Below, one piece after another: positions 1 to 12,701 of a stretch of 64,000 bases of DNA (its first letter is position 1; each line of letters starts with the position of its first letter). Position numbers and translations under genes: made by a program. The notes beneath the pieces were generated by a model. It ran no database searches. It was given only the letters and a program-made list of their open reading frames with translations, and was not told the origin of the DNA. Location: contig CM022673.1 of NCBI GenBank assembly GCA_012295275.1, forward strand, positions 24,862,001-24,926,000. The letters are read 5' to 3'. Source of the stretch: Chrysomallon squamiferum. Taxonomy: Eukaryota; Animalia; Mollusca.

Positions 1-227
1 ACCTGTTGATGATTCTCGTTACCTATGTTAGTTCCTTCAACCTCCACGATACGGTCCCCAGGTTTGAGGCCCGCCGCGGCAGCCGGAGAGTTGTCATCAA
101 CTTTACCGATGTATTGTCCAGCTTTGCCCTTTTCTGCGTGCAAATTGAAGCCATAACCATTAAAATCGGGCCATTTTTTCACGTGACAAAGCCTGGGTTT
201 GAGAGTTGCGTCTACGCCGTTGCTCAT
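1..227 (-). CDS. NHERF1: NHERF/EBP50-family PDZ scaffold (Na+/H+ exchanger regulatory cofactor), first coding exon; runs off the window edge
   Basis: Manual minus-strand translation from the ATG at 227 (context aaaATGa) gives [75 protein letters not shown](V). The PRLC, GYGF, GQYI, SPA..AGL..GDRIVEV and HQQV blocks match NHERF1/2 PDZ1. It ends CAG/GT at the edge (donor or Val codon). The paralog (NHERF1 vs 2) cannot be resolved. Confidence 0.92.
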   Translation of the reverse strand, partial: MSNGVDATLKPRLCHVKKWPDFNGYGFNLHAEKGKAGQYIGKVDDNSPAAAAGLKPGDRIVEVEGTNIGNENHQQ

Positions 228-315
228 TTTTTCGATAAACAGAAACTTTGAAGAAGTTGGAGAAAAAGATGGGAGGGGTCGTACGGAACACCTGTCTCCG
301 CCGTAAGCCAAAACT

Positions 316-376
316 CCAATATGGCTGCACACAAAGTCACATGATGTCAACATCCAATCAATATAGGTCACGTGCG
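316..376 (-). promoter_or_regulatory. Probable NHERF proximal promoter: YY1-like, CCAAT and E-box/CLEAR-like motifs
   Basis: aatatggctg (318-327), gtcacatgat (336-345), ccaat (316-320, 354-358) and gtcacgtg (367-374), 90-150 bp upstream of the ATG in CpG-retaining DNA. Confidence 0.5.
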
Positions 377-1457
377 ACTTCCCGAACTCTTGAATGAAGC
401 TAAAATTACGCACAGCATATGGAATTCGCATCCGATGTTTAACAGCACTTCCTAAACTCTTAGTTGCTCAAAGGATTACGTAAGATAAAGAGAAAGACAA
501 CAAACGACAACAAGCAGGTGTATTAAAGCTTTTTACCACTACAGAGGAGAGAAAAAGTGTGAAATAGTGTAATGATGAAAATCAACATTATTTGCATGTA
601 AAGGAGGAAGTTAATTATTAGTATTATATTATATATAAACGGAATAATATATATATATTAAATAGTAGTAGTAAAATCGGTCATAAGAAATAGTCAACAA
701 CGATCACAGAAAACAATTTGTTGTTTTGCGTCAACAAAGTTGTAAAATAAATAAATAAATATTATGAACAATAATACGTATTAAACTGTTATTATACATA
801 CTCAGTGATTTTTCAAAACCAGTTTTCAAAACGTCTAATATAACTACAACTGTTTATATAACTGTTTATGGATGGATCTGAGCAATATGATCACAAGAAT
901 TGTATGAAAATAATTATTTATCTCTTACTTCATCAGACAAGTCATTTCCATCAAATATATCAATAATCAATAAGAACTGACATAAAAAAAATATATTATT
1001 ACAGCGTTCCGTTATTCTTATTTCCATTTATAAGAAGACTATGACACTCACTCATATCAGACTGTATTTTATTTACAATGACATTTATGACATGGAATCT
1101 GCATGGCTTGTATTCATCTTTCTGTCAGACACAATAGTCTTCATTCAAACTACAAAAACGTAAAGTCATTTTAAATTCAAATTATTATTTATCAGTTCAT
1201 TTTCTTATGCACACGAATGGTAAAATAGCAACATTCTTTTCTTCATAAAAATAAAAACTATTAGTATTTGAAAAACTACGATGGATAGAGAGATAGAGAT
1301 AATTATTTATTATTATTATTATTATTATTAGTTTTATGTTTTTATTATTTTTATTTTTTCTAACCGATTAGCATTCAAAATCAGTCTAAACATTAAAATG
1401 AATCAATCTAAATTAATAATCACATAATGTATTCAAATTGGAAATATTTATTTTAGT

Positions 1458-1461
<4 letters not shown>

Positions 1462-1495
<34 letters not shown>
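1462..1495. repeat. (CT)n microsatellite
   Basis: Direct reading. Confidence 0.95.
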
Positions 1496-1499
<4 letters not shown>

Positions 1500-2858
1500 A
1501 AAAAAAAAATGTAAACACAAACCAATAAAGCGAAAAACAAAAAGGCTTTCGTTTCGTGAAATGATAAATTTCACGTTTATCAAGATTATTAATTAAATGG
1601 TTAAATAAAGTGGGTTTTTTTCTATGAAATAGATTTACAGGATTACAATTTACAGGCTGAGAACCAGAACACAATCTGTGAAAACATTCTTCAAGTACAT
1701 TTATCATTTATGGCTTCCAAACAAAAGATTTTATTTTCATTAAAAAGGAATAATCAAAGAAAGAAAGGCAAAGATTCACAAAACAGAAATAAGAATGAAA
1801 TTAAAAACATCAAAAGTACTAATACTGTCAACATAGAAAACAAAACATTTTTCTTTCTTTTCTTTTTTTTCTTTTTATTATTTTTATTTTTGTTATTATT
1901 ATTATTATTATTATTTTTATTTGTTTATTTTATTTATTTATTTATTTATTTATTATCACTTTTTTTATTATTTATTTATTATTACCACTTCTTTATTATT
2001 TATTTATTATTACCACTTTTTTATTATTTTTTTTTTTTTAAAGTTGTATTTTCTGAATAGCTCAGCTTTAATATTTTTAATAAACTCAGAATCTCTCAGG
2101 CATGGTTGGACACAAATACACACAATTATGCACATTTCAGAAAGAAAGACAATGTTGTTGCTCGACACCTGTCAAGAGTGGGGTTTTTTTTTTTTCTTTT
2201 CTTTTCTTTCTTTCTGAAATTATAAAATTATTTACAGATACGTAATATTAGACGGAAGGCAGGAATTTATTTACCACAAAAATAGAATTATTCAAAGCTG
2301 TCTGTACACTCAAATAAACAAGCAAACATACGCGCAGAGAGAAACACTCAGGCACGTACGCGATCGCACACACGCACCCACACACAGAGAGACTGATACA
2401 CGCAAACATACTGTACACATAAACTGAATTTTCATGAAATTATCGTAAAATGTATATCAGTGTAATTCAAGTGTTCTTGTGAAACGATAAATAATCCCAT
2501 GACACCAGTACAAGCAGTCGCGTCGCGATATGTACTTAATGTTTAATGTAGTACCAAGTTATTGCATTTATTACGTCACGTTATGAAGTTATGACGTCAC
2601 CGTTAGTAGCTTGAGGTCAAATATGTAGATTTTTTATAAATAGGCAATAACAAGAGGTATTTCACATAAAACTGAAAATAAACGTGCAAGATGATTAGTC
2701 ATATTATGCTTTATAATTTTATATTAAAGAATAAAAATCATATAAAATTGATATAAATAAAATAACAAATCGGTTCGTGTTTGAAATTGGCTTATAAATG
2801 AAAGGTATGAATGAGTCTATTTATGTGTGTTTATGTGTCTAAATATGTATGTATGTGT

Positions 2859-2960
2859 GTTTATGTTTATATATGTATGGTATGTTTATGTTTATATATG
2901 TATGGTATGTTTATGTTATATATGTATGGTATGTTTATGTTTATATATGTATGGTATGTT
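2859..2960. repeat. 25-bp minisatellite, ~4 copies (gtttatgtttatatatgtatggtat)
   Basis: Units start at about 2859, 2884, 2909 and 2933; explains the ORFs at 2811-3149. Confidence 0.9.
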
Positions 2961-5352
2961 TTTATCTATGTGTGTATACATATATATACATACAACGCAC
3001 ACACAAACGTGTCTGTAAACATGTATGTGGTTGTATATTTGCATATACCTATATATCAATATATGTATTTGAATGTGTGTTTTTGTGTTTGTGGGGGTGT
3101 GGGTGTGGGTGTATGGGTGGGTGGGTAAGTGGGTGAAAGTGTCATGCATTTTCTTTTTACATTGTTATGATAACATTACCTAATATTATGGCTGGTCATA
3201 CTGACATGGTAAGTCAATAGATATGTAGAATGCAAATTATACAATCTCCTTGACCAGGCTTTACGTCAGATGTTGTATATTATACACAGATAACGCTGTA
3301 TTCTTGAACTCTAGCACATCTGTAATGTTACGTTATAAGTGTCTCACTCTGTTATTGCCAGAGCATTCGTTAAACAGTCTCTAGTGATATAGGACAGGAA
3401 AAAAACTAACAGCTTAACTGTATTTCAACAACATTAATACTTAATTATTGTATTTGTTTAAAACATATTTCGAATATTTGTTTTATAAATAATGCGAGTA
3501 AGTAGATGGACGTTGGCGAGAGAGAAAGTAACGATATGTTAACAAATAAAACAAACAAACAAAATAAATAAATAAATAAATAACAATGATATCCTGAAAG
3601 AGATGGAATAAAATCGATGGATGGATGGATGGATGAATGTATGAACGGATGAATGGATAGCCAGGTAAGTAGGTAGATATACATAAGGAAAATTAAACAG
3701 GCAGAGAGAAAATACACAGATAGATGTATGCTGTACATACCGATGGATAGACAAATAAAGAGTAAATCAAACAGACAAATAAACAGATAGAGAAAAAAAG
3801 TTGATAAAATGCATTTTTAAAAAGTAATGTTTAACTTGTATAAATAAAAAAAAGTAAAGAAAAAATTTCTGCTGACTGCTTGTTCTAAACGTATTAACAA
3901 ACTGTATGTTTGTGTTTGCCATAAATGCTAGAAACCACTGAAGAATGACATGCAGTTTTAAAATAAAATCAATCTTATTTACTTGCGGAAGGGGAATAAC
4001 TCTATTTATGTTAATGTGCCACAAGTTCTTCTTCGTTTAGTCAGTTTATTAGAACAAAATTCAACAGCGGAAATAAAAAATAAAAAAGTAAAAATTAATA
4101 AATAAATAAATAAATAAAAGAAAAATAAATAGTTTAGGTTATTTTATTTCGAAATCCTCCTCAAATAAATAAATATATAAATAAATAAATGATTTAAAAA
4201 AAGTAAAAACCAGATCCTATATTTGGCGGTCTCTAAATAGATACGGGAATATATATATTTTTGTACATACTGAAATAAACGAACTGAAATAAAATTTTCC
4301 TTCGGTTCATCCGAAAATAACCATCTCTGAATAACTATTCTTCCATCTATGACGTCATAATAGATACACGTAACTGAACAGGATCTGCTTTAAGCGGATG
4401 GGGGAAGTATTCATTCCGTGGTTTCCAATGGTGTCTGCACTTCATAGTTATAAATATATAAATTATATCCAGCAGGTAAAAATATCTTTTAAGTTATAAC
4501 GTAAGTCCTTTTTAGAAAATCAGACTCTCACTAAAGTATTAAATAAATAAAAAAAAAAATAAAATAAATAAATAAATAAATATTTGCTTAAATATACCCC
4601 AACACCTAAAAGTACATATCAAAATTATTGGGGGGGTTTTGTAATAACACTTTGAGAGAGGAAAATACGTATCGAGTGGATTCAGAATATGATTTATGAC
4701 AGACTTCAACATGTATTAACATAGTACAGCCTTTATTAAAACTAAAAGAGATCTTAACAAAGGCTGTATCATTAATGTTTCCAACGGCACAACTGTCATG
4801 ACGTCACACACGTCAACCCTAACTCTAACGCGTCATTTTATATAGTCTCTTTTGTTTTCAAAATACCTATGTATATAATATACACTCTGTTTATCGAGCA
4901 TTAGCTATACAAAATACCTCTTGTTAAAGCACAAAGAAACCATAGACTAGAAACACTTCAGTTTTGACTGGCTTCTCTATTACGTGCAAGATAATAATAA
5001 TAAAAACATGATGAAAAACATGATATCTCTCGTTGTTATTGACATTTTATGACGTCATTACAATGGGAAGACAAACTAGATCCAATAGATATGGTGAGTA
5101 TAGCACTATTCGTCTTAATACTTTTGGAGAAAGTAAACAAGAATTTCTTTAATTTGAACTTTTTAGCATTTATTTGTTTGTTTGTTTGTGTGTGTGTGTT
5201 TGTTTGTTTGTTGTTGTTTTTTTGTTTTTTTTAATTATTTTATTAAATTATTTCTAAAATTTTATAAATGCAAATAATGCAGTTGGAATATTTCTTTATG
5301 ATTTATATTTGTATTAAAAGTCATTTATCTACTTTATATTTATTTATTTATT

Positions 5353-5395
<43 letters not shown>

Positions 5396-5761
5396 GTATT
5401 AGTATTATTTCCCAACAACAAAAGCCTTTAATTATGTTTGATGATTTTGAATAAATTACTAATTGAATTAATAATTCTATTCACATTACAAAACACGATG
5501 TTTTATGTTTTTATTTTTTTTTTTTTTGAGGATAATCAATCTATTTCTAATATCCTGAGTTCAGTAAATATATATGTCAGTACTAACGAAACAGGAATTA
5601 GCTCAGTATTATCATAACTTTCCACTGCTGACGTCACGCAATTGTGGGATGGACCACCGGGATCCTGGAAATGAGCCAAGATTTTGGAAATAACGAAAGT
5701 GAAAAAACTAAACTGAAGAAAAGTGATAACTGCGTAGACATAAACAAGGTTTCTTTGAAGA

Positions 5762-5763
<2 letters not shown>

Positions 5764-5819
<56 letters not shown>

Positions 5820-5895
5820 GTTGTTGTTGTTGTTGTTATTGTTATTATTATTATTATTATTATTATTGTTGTTGTTGTTGTTGTTGTTGTTGTTA
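5764..5895. repeat. (TTA)n/(TTG)n compound microsatellite
   Basis: Direct reading; source of the poly-Leu ORF 5644-6009. Confidence 0.95.
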
Positions 5896-6595
5896 GCTTT
5901 TAACTGGATTCTTTTGACTATGTTTTCGGATTATTTGGAACCATTTCCAGTGGGTCGATTTACAAGATTTCTCGGTAGAACTTTTAAATCCATTCTTTCT
6001 TATCTGTGAAAAGTTTCGCGCAAAGTTTCGAGGCAATGAAAATCTGGTGAATATATATATATATTTTTTTTTTGTTTGTTTGTTTTCTTCTTAGAATTAT
6101 TATTATTCATTTTAATTTTTATTTATTAAACAAGTGACGCCAAAATCATGTTTTGTACGACCAGAGGGCACTGGGGTTATTTTCTCCCAAATGTGAAACA
6201 TTTTTGACAGATCAAGAGAAAAATTCATACTTGTATTTTTGTCAGGTTACAGTTTTAAGATAATCAGCTCCTCTGCCCCATCTTTAATCAAAAAGTCCTC
6301 TCGGGCCCAAGAACTAAAGTTACGTTTTCTGATCTGGGTATATTTTCGTACATCTTACTCATCAAAGGAAGAGGCGCACGTGTTTATATGTGTCCCTTAG
6401 CAGACCGCATTTTGAAATCGTGATTTATGATAACTAATTCAAATGTTATTTGATGTACTTAAGAAAGTATATTTTAATATTCCATTTTTTTTTTTTTTTA
6501 ATTTCTTTCTTTCTTTCTTTCTTTATTCATTTATTATTTATTTATTTATCCATTTTATTTTATTTATCTATATATTTATTTATTTATTTATTATT

Positions 6596-6651
<56 letters not shown>

Positions 6652-7383
6652 TTATGTAATATAATAGCTGATAATATATGGTAACAGAAACAAACTATGA
6701 AAATGACTGTTCTGGTACGACAGTCAAAACCGATATTATAAAACGGAAACTATAGTTTTTTTCTTTGTGCTCCATAAACTGAATGAAATAACCAATAATA
6801 TTATATTCATTCAGTGGAAATAGAAAATATTTTATGAAAATTCTAGTTTAGCAAAAGGACACTCACTACCCATACAGAATTGACAATACCCATACAAATT
6901 ATAAAATTTTAAAACATATAACAAAACTGACATTTGACAAATAACAGCCATCATTTTGTTATGCAACATTAATATAAAATATCAAAAACGGATAACTCAA
7001 AATAGAGGTTTATTTGGATAATTTGAAAACAAATTATTAAAATAAATTTCAATTTCTCCATAAATATAGTAAATAAAACAATATAAAAATAAAGTTCACA
7101 GCAGTATATATTTTAATTAACTCTTTTTCTCATAAACAAAAAAATATATATATATATTTATATATATTTTTAAAAAAAAACAGGCAAACAAATAATCAAA
7201 AGGGAGATTCAGAAGTTAAAAGTTCTTCCTAGCGATAACTGAAAAATGTTGATAAAATTAAATTATTTAATAAATATCCTTATTTTGATAATAACAAATT
7301 TTTCTGTCTTTCCTTCTTTCGTTCTTTCTTTATTATTTCATTTATTAAAGTAAAAAAAAAAAAAAAAAAAAAAATTAAAATTA

Positions 7384-7422
<39 letters not shown>

Positions 7423-7743
7423 TTACATGATTAAAATAATTAATAAATAAAAGAAAATAATATCATTAACATGTTGATGAGGTTACAAAATAATATAAAC
7501 TGATTTTCAGTAATTATTGCTGTAAATGGATTTATAATAATATTAATAAATTATAATTCATTCATTCATTCATGTATTATTCATATTTGGCACCACGCTC
7601 CAGTCAACAATAGTCATAATAATTAGTTCTGTTAACACACACTGAAGAACATGCAATAAATAACCATTCAAATGTATTTTTACAAAAACAACAACAAAAA
7701 CAACAAATACCAAACAATAAATAACAATCCCGTATTAGTCATA

Positions 7744-8575
7744 TTAGGTTTCCATATCACTTCCCTCAGATTCAGAATCTGAATACAGTTTTGATCTGAC
7801 GGCTCCATGACAGAGAAGAATATGCACAATTTGGACAAATCCTCTCCCTGCCGCTAAACTGAGTGCGGTTTTTCCGCAGTACGTTGTTTTGTTGATGTCT
7901 AAACGTCTCTGCCGCATCAAGTAATTCGTCAGCACAACGTTACCCGATTCCACAGCGAAATGCAAAACTGTTCTGCCGCTTTTCATGTCCCCGGCGTTGA
8001 TGTCCGCACCGTGCTGAAGAAGCAAGTCCATAACGTTTAGGTTTGACGTCGCAGCCGCCAGATGCAAACACGTGTGGCCGTCGTAGTTCCTCATGTTGAC
8101 CTCTGGCCACTGCGATGCTTTTCTTGCGGGATCGTCGTTGCCTCTGTGGAGAAGTTCTTCGGCGACGTCTTGGTAACCTTCCCTGCTGCACGCAAGTGTG
8201 CAACGGCGTGTTGCCCTGCATGTCCCTGCAGTCGCGAGAGACTCCAGCTCGCAGAAGACGTCGTACAAGACGCGGCTGTCGCGTCAGAACGGCCAGATGG
8301 AGCGGAGTTTGGTACAGACGATTAGGAAGATTAAGCCAGTCCACGGACGGAGCGGCGGAAACGATGTCGTCGCAGAGGTTTTCGTCACCTCGGATTATCA
8401 CCAGGTGTAAACACGTGTCCCCGTCGTTGTCCTGTGCGAAGATGTTTCCTTCCATCATCATCATCATCGTCGTCGTATTTGTCGCAGAGCTCGATCTGAT
8501 ACTCAGTCTGGTGAATTCGTTATCCATTTCCTTCATGGACTCGCAGTTAACAACTTCAGACGAGTGGATTTTCAT
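7744..8575 (-). CDS. NFKBIA: IkB (NF-kB inhibitor alpha/cactus-like), six ankyrin repeats, intronless, frameshifted at ~8178-8200 (assembly error or pseudogene)
   Basis: ORF 8602-7940 (ATG 8575) gives DNDGDTCLHL, NRLYQTPLHLAVLTRQPRLVRRLL and DMQGNTPLH. The overlapping ORF 8268-7744 continues LACSREGYQDVAEELL, NYDGHTCLHLAA, GADINAGDMKSGRTVLHFAVE and TYCGKTALSLAAGRG, then the acidic tail YSDSESEGSDMET. Order and signatures are typical of IkB; ~275 aa if repaired. The symbol is family-level only. Confidence 0.9.
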
Positions 8576-8768
8576 AGTTTCTCTTTGAACAACGATTAAC
8601 AAGAAATAGGCTTAATCGGTAACAGGCTTCGCTGAAATGTCGTCCAAGTACTTTCTGTTCAACGAATATGAAAAGTCAGTTAAGTTGATTTGAAAATGTT
8701 TTGTTCGACTAACATTTAGTTCATGAGATCCTTACATACATGTATAATGATGCGCACGGTTTGTGATA

Positions 8769-8780
8769 CTTATATATATA
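8769..8780 (-). promoter_or_regulatory. TATA box of the IkB gene
   Basis: Minus strand TATATATATAAG, ~195 bp upstream of the ATG and just downstream of a consensus kB site. Confidence 0.55.
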
Positions 8781-8864
8781 TCAATCAATACCCGAAATAG
8801 TAAAAAGGAAGTCCTAGCTTGCATATTCAATTACGCACGTTCACGCTTAGTTAAGTATATATTC

Positions 8865-8874
8865 GGAAAACCCC
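8865..8874 (-). promoter_or_regulatory. NF-kB site GGGGTTTTCC
   Basis: Plus-strand ggaaaacccc; perfect GGGRNWYYCC ~90 bp upstream of the TATA box. Confidence 0.65.
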
Positions 8875-9658
8875 TATCTTCGATAACAACCGAGATTCAT
8901 GTTTGCAGTTAGTTACGTACTTCCCGTTTGAACATTCCACGAATAAAATAAATATAGCTCGATGTATTTTTAACTATGTTTATTTTACTTTTATTGACTT
9001 ATTTAATTTGTAAAGTTTTTTTTTTTTTTTTTTTTTTATATGTGTGTCCGTGTTCGTGCGTGTATGTGTGCTGCTATTTTTACCCCAAAGTTTATTTTTT
9101 TTGTGGAAAATAAGGACTTCGATCACTTTGTAAATATATAATATGATGGGTATCGAAAGTATTTTTAACAGATTTTTGGTATTTTGTTAATTGTGATCTT
9201 TTTATATATATATAGATAGATAGATAGATATAGGTAGGTAGATAGATATACATACATGTGTGTGTGTGTGTGTATATATATATTTTTTTGTTTTTCTGTC
9301 AAGATATATTCTGTGTTTCAGATAAATATATAAATATACGAATGACACGTTCAGAAACGAAAAAAAAAATATATATATATATAAAATAAAATAAAATAAA
9401 ATAAAATAAATAAACAAAAATAAACAACAACAACTAAAGAAAATAAAATTAAAAAAAACATCTGGAAAGGACTAAACTTTTGAATTGATTAAGAAACAGA
9501 TATACAATAAAACTTATATTTTAAAAACACAAATCTAATTTTCAAATTTATATATATATATATTTTATTTATTTATTTATTTTATTTTATTTTTTTTTTT
9601 GTTCACTTACTAAATCTTCATTTGTAATTTAGACATTTACTCTATACTCTATTTATCT

Positions 9659-9668
9659 GGAAACTCCC
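9659..9668 (-). promoter_or_regulatory. NF-kB site GGGAGTTTCC
   Basis: Plus-strand ggaaactccc; perfect consensus in otherwise very AT-rich DNA. Confidence 0.5.
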
Positions 9669-9694
9669 GAAATTACTTAGCAGAAAAAAAAAAA

Positions 9695-9725
<31 letters not shown>

Positions 9726-10502
9726 CTTTTTTCTTGCGATTTCTTCTGTTTTTCTTCGGGATTTCGTGGGGGATTGGGGATTTTTGTTTTTCACTTTTTC
9801 TTTAAACTTCTATACTCTGTGTAACGGCGCGTCTATAAGTAATTTTTGAAAGAGAGGGTACACTAATCGTATCTGTTTGTACGTGTGTGCGCGTATGTGT
9901 GAGTGCGTGCCTGAATGTGTGTGTTGTATAATGAATGGTCTTATTGATTCGTCACCAGTTTCAAAGATGGATGAAACTGATTATAATCCAGAGAAGAAGA
10001 TCTAAACAGAGCCAAATCGCACGGAACAGTCAGTCAATATAAAAAAATAAAAAATAAAAGATTTAAATTACTTCCACATCACTTTGCTTTTAAAATTCTC
10101 TTTATTTAAATACGGATAATATAATGTATATCTTATTTTTGTTTGTTTGTTTCTTTATTTATCTTGTAATCATTTTACACAGTGACAACATACGATGACT
10201 AGATAAATTTGTATATTTTATTCGGGTACTGATATAAAATGAAATATAAAACTTTTCCGAACGAGCCTGTATTTATTTCGATAAATTATTTGTTCAAAAT
10301 AATTCTTTAGTGTTTAACTGCTAATTTAAATATTTAAAAAAAAAAAATCATTCTTAAAATTGTCGAAAAACGGCGAGTTAAGAAATAAAACACTTAATTT
10401 CATTTAGTCTTTGTATTTTGCAGGAAAAAAGAAATAACTGGTTACCAAGGGCATTCGTTATATCTGCAGGATAAAGATATTTACTGTGTGTATATTTGTA
10501 TG

Positions 10503-10551
<49 letters not shown>

Positions 10552-10556
10552 AATAA

Positions 10557-10598
<42 letters not shown>

Positions 10599-10734
10599 GC
10601 ACGCACACACATAGCGAGAGAGAGAAATCATATTTTATTTGAATTTAAAAAATGATTTATTCTGCGCATGTATACTTTGCACAAACAATCAAAAATATAT
10701 AAATAAATACATACATACATGCAGAAATACACAT

Positions 10735-10783
<49 letters not shown>

Positions 10784-10987
10784 ATATAATCGATATGTTA
10801 CATTTCAACAATACATTTAATTCACACTTCCTCTTTCATCACTGCTATAGCAAGATCCACATCGTATTTATTATTTAACGTAATTTTGTATTAAACATTT
10901 AGTCTTTAATCTAATATATAATGATATCTCACCTAACGACATGGGGCGGTTCGTTCACACCTTTTCTCGCACGTTTTGTTACTGCAG

Positions 10988-10997
10988 GGGAAATCCC
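10988..10997 (+). promoter_or_regulatory. NF-kB site GGGAAATCCC
   Basis: Perfect consensus inside a locally GC-richer patch (10940-11110). Confidence 0.5.
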
Positions 10998-11386
10998 TTG
11001 TTCACTTATCTCGTTTCTTATTGGAAGCATGTGGTGAAGCCAGTGAAAATCGGTGAACGATGTAAGACTTGCTCAGGAAGGGGAGCGAACCCGGAATTGT
11101 TCCGCTGTTTTTTATGTGCCTTTACAACCGAAATATGCTGATCACAGCAGAAGTTTTTATTTATTTATTCTTTATTTATTCTTTATTTTTTTTTTTTTTT
11201 TTTTTTTTTTTTGAGGTTTCCTAGGGCTCTGTGACATAGCAAATGAAGAATTAATATTCATGATTATATTTTATCGAATATAAATTTCGGAATATTTGTG
11301 CAGCATAATTTCGTAAATTGATATAATAAGTAATATAATTATATATTTCCATCCATCCATCCATCCATAAATACAATCGTACGTAC

Positions 11387-11387
<1 letters not shown>

Positions 11388-11465
<78 letters not shown>

Positions 11466-11649
11466 TTAACTAAATGAGTCTCCATACAGATAACGAATCA
11501 GGTTATATATTTATTTATTTAGTAAGTACAGAAAATACATAAAGAAGGAACGTTCAACAAAGTTTATTTCATTAAATGCTGCTACTGGATGCGTTTGTCA
11601 AGAAAGACAACTTGGCGTCTGGCGCAATGGCTTTTTTCCTTTCTTTATT

Positions 11650-11691
<42 letters not shown>

Positions 11692-11702
11692 AGACACACA
11701 TG

Positions 11703-11772
<70 letters not shown>

Positions 11773-11788
11773 TTTAGATAGATAGATA
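11388..11788. repeat. (GACA)n/(GATA)n/(CA)n microsatellite cluster
   Basis: Runs at 11388-11465, 11653-11700 and 11703-11788. Confidence 0.9.
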
Positions 11789-12701
11789 GTGGAAACTGGC
11801 AACCCGGATCACCATCGTACCATAAAAGAATGTCCTGCTTGAACAGGATCCGGTTTTTACAAGGTTCTATTTTGTCATAAATTTAGAAACTCTGAATACA
11901 TTAGTTACTTCCCATTCCATTTGAAGTAGTTCACCTGGTCATGTTTGCATTCACTTTTACACTTCATTTCCCAAGGACACGCATTTCGTTTCTGGGTGGG
12001 TTTTTTTTTTTTTTTTTTTTTCATCTTCAGAATAATATTCATTCTTTTTCTTTAGAATACATGATACTGTCGAAGTTCCGATTCCAGATTTCGAAATCCC
12101 ATATTAAATTAATTTTGGTTTTTTAACAAACTTTCAATTCACCTGCATTTTGCTTGCAGTTGACTAGACATTTTACAAGACATTGATGTTTGTTTCTACG
12201 TCTACACTTGTTTGCGGGTGTCTGTTAAAATAAATGACAAAATTGTGCGTTCTTGATCTTTACAGTTCATTTTGTAAGTAACAGTCCATGAGATGGTTAA
12301 GAAGGTTTTTCGTAACATCAGAGTGAAGATGTAAAACGTAATTATGGGTGGAAGGAGGCTAACAAGTCTGACCACACTGATAAGTACAACTGACACCAAT
12401 CAACAACTAATTACCAGAATGTCTGGTTGAGATCTCTCGCCGAAGTGTAACGGGAACAACCGAGTCGGGCTGTTTCCGGTTAGGTAGTCCTGGTTCATGG
12501 TTTGTCGGGTATAAATTAACCAATAGCTTGAGCCATAGATGTGATGCAAACCGATCCGGTACCCGTGATATCCTGGATTCGGTTTGTTAAGGGTTTTAAT
12601 ACACACAATGTATAACACAAACATTCGGGACCCCAAAAACATGGCCGGTGCAGACGGTAATCCGGGATAATCAGGGACTAGTTTAGCCAGTTTCCGCTGT
12701 A
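11788..12701. mobile_element. Non-autonomous Tc1/mariner (pogo/Tigger-like) DNA transposon remnant
   Basis: The left end agtggaaactggc..cccggatcaccatcgtacc matches the reverse complement of the right end (cagcggaaactggc...cccggattaccgtctgcacc, ending at 12699). TA flanks; CAGTGGAAAC-type termini resemble pogo/Tigger. No transposase ORF. Confidence 0.65.

Noticed and set aside
6-251. Plus-strand 81-aa ORF
   Set aside because: Antisense shadow of the NHERF exon.
5049-5099. ATG...ATG|GTGAGT, a possible plus-strand exon that would nest IkB in an intron
   Set aside because: Only a donor-like motif within repeat-like sequence; no recognisable protein, and CpG retention argues against a gene body here.
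1453-6664. Poly-Leu/Tyr/Phe and CV/HT-rich ORFs
   Set aside because: Translations of micro- and minisatellites; the same applies to similar ORFs throughout the window.
8062-8588. Plus-strand ORFs over IkB
   Set aside because: Antisense shadows of GC-rich coding sequence.
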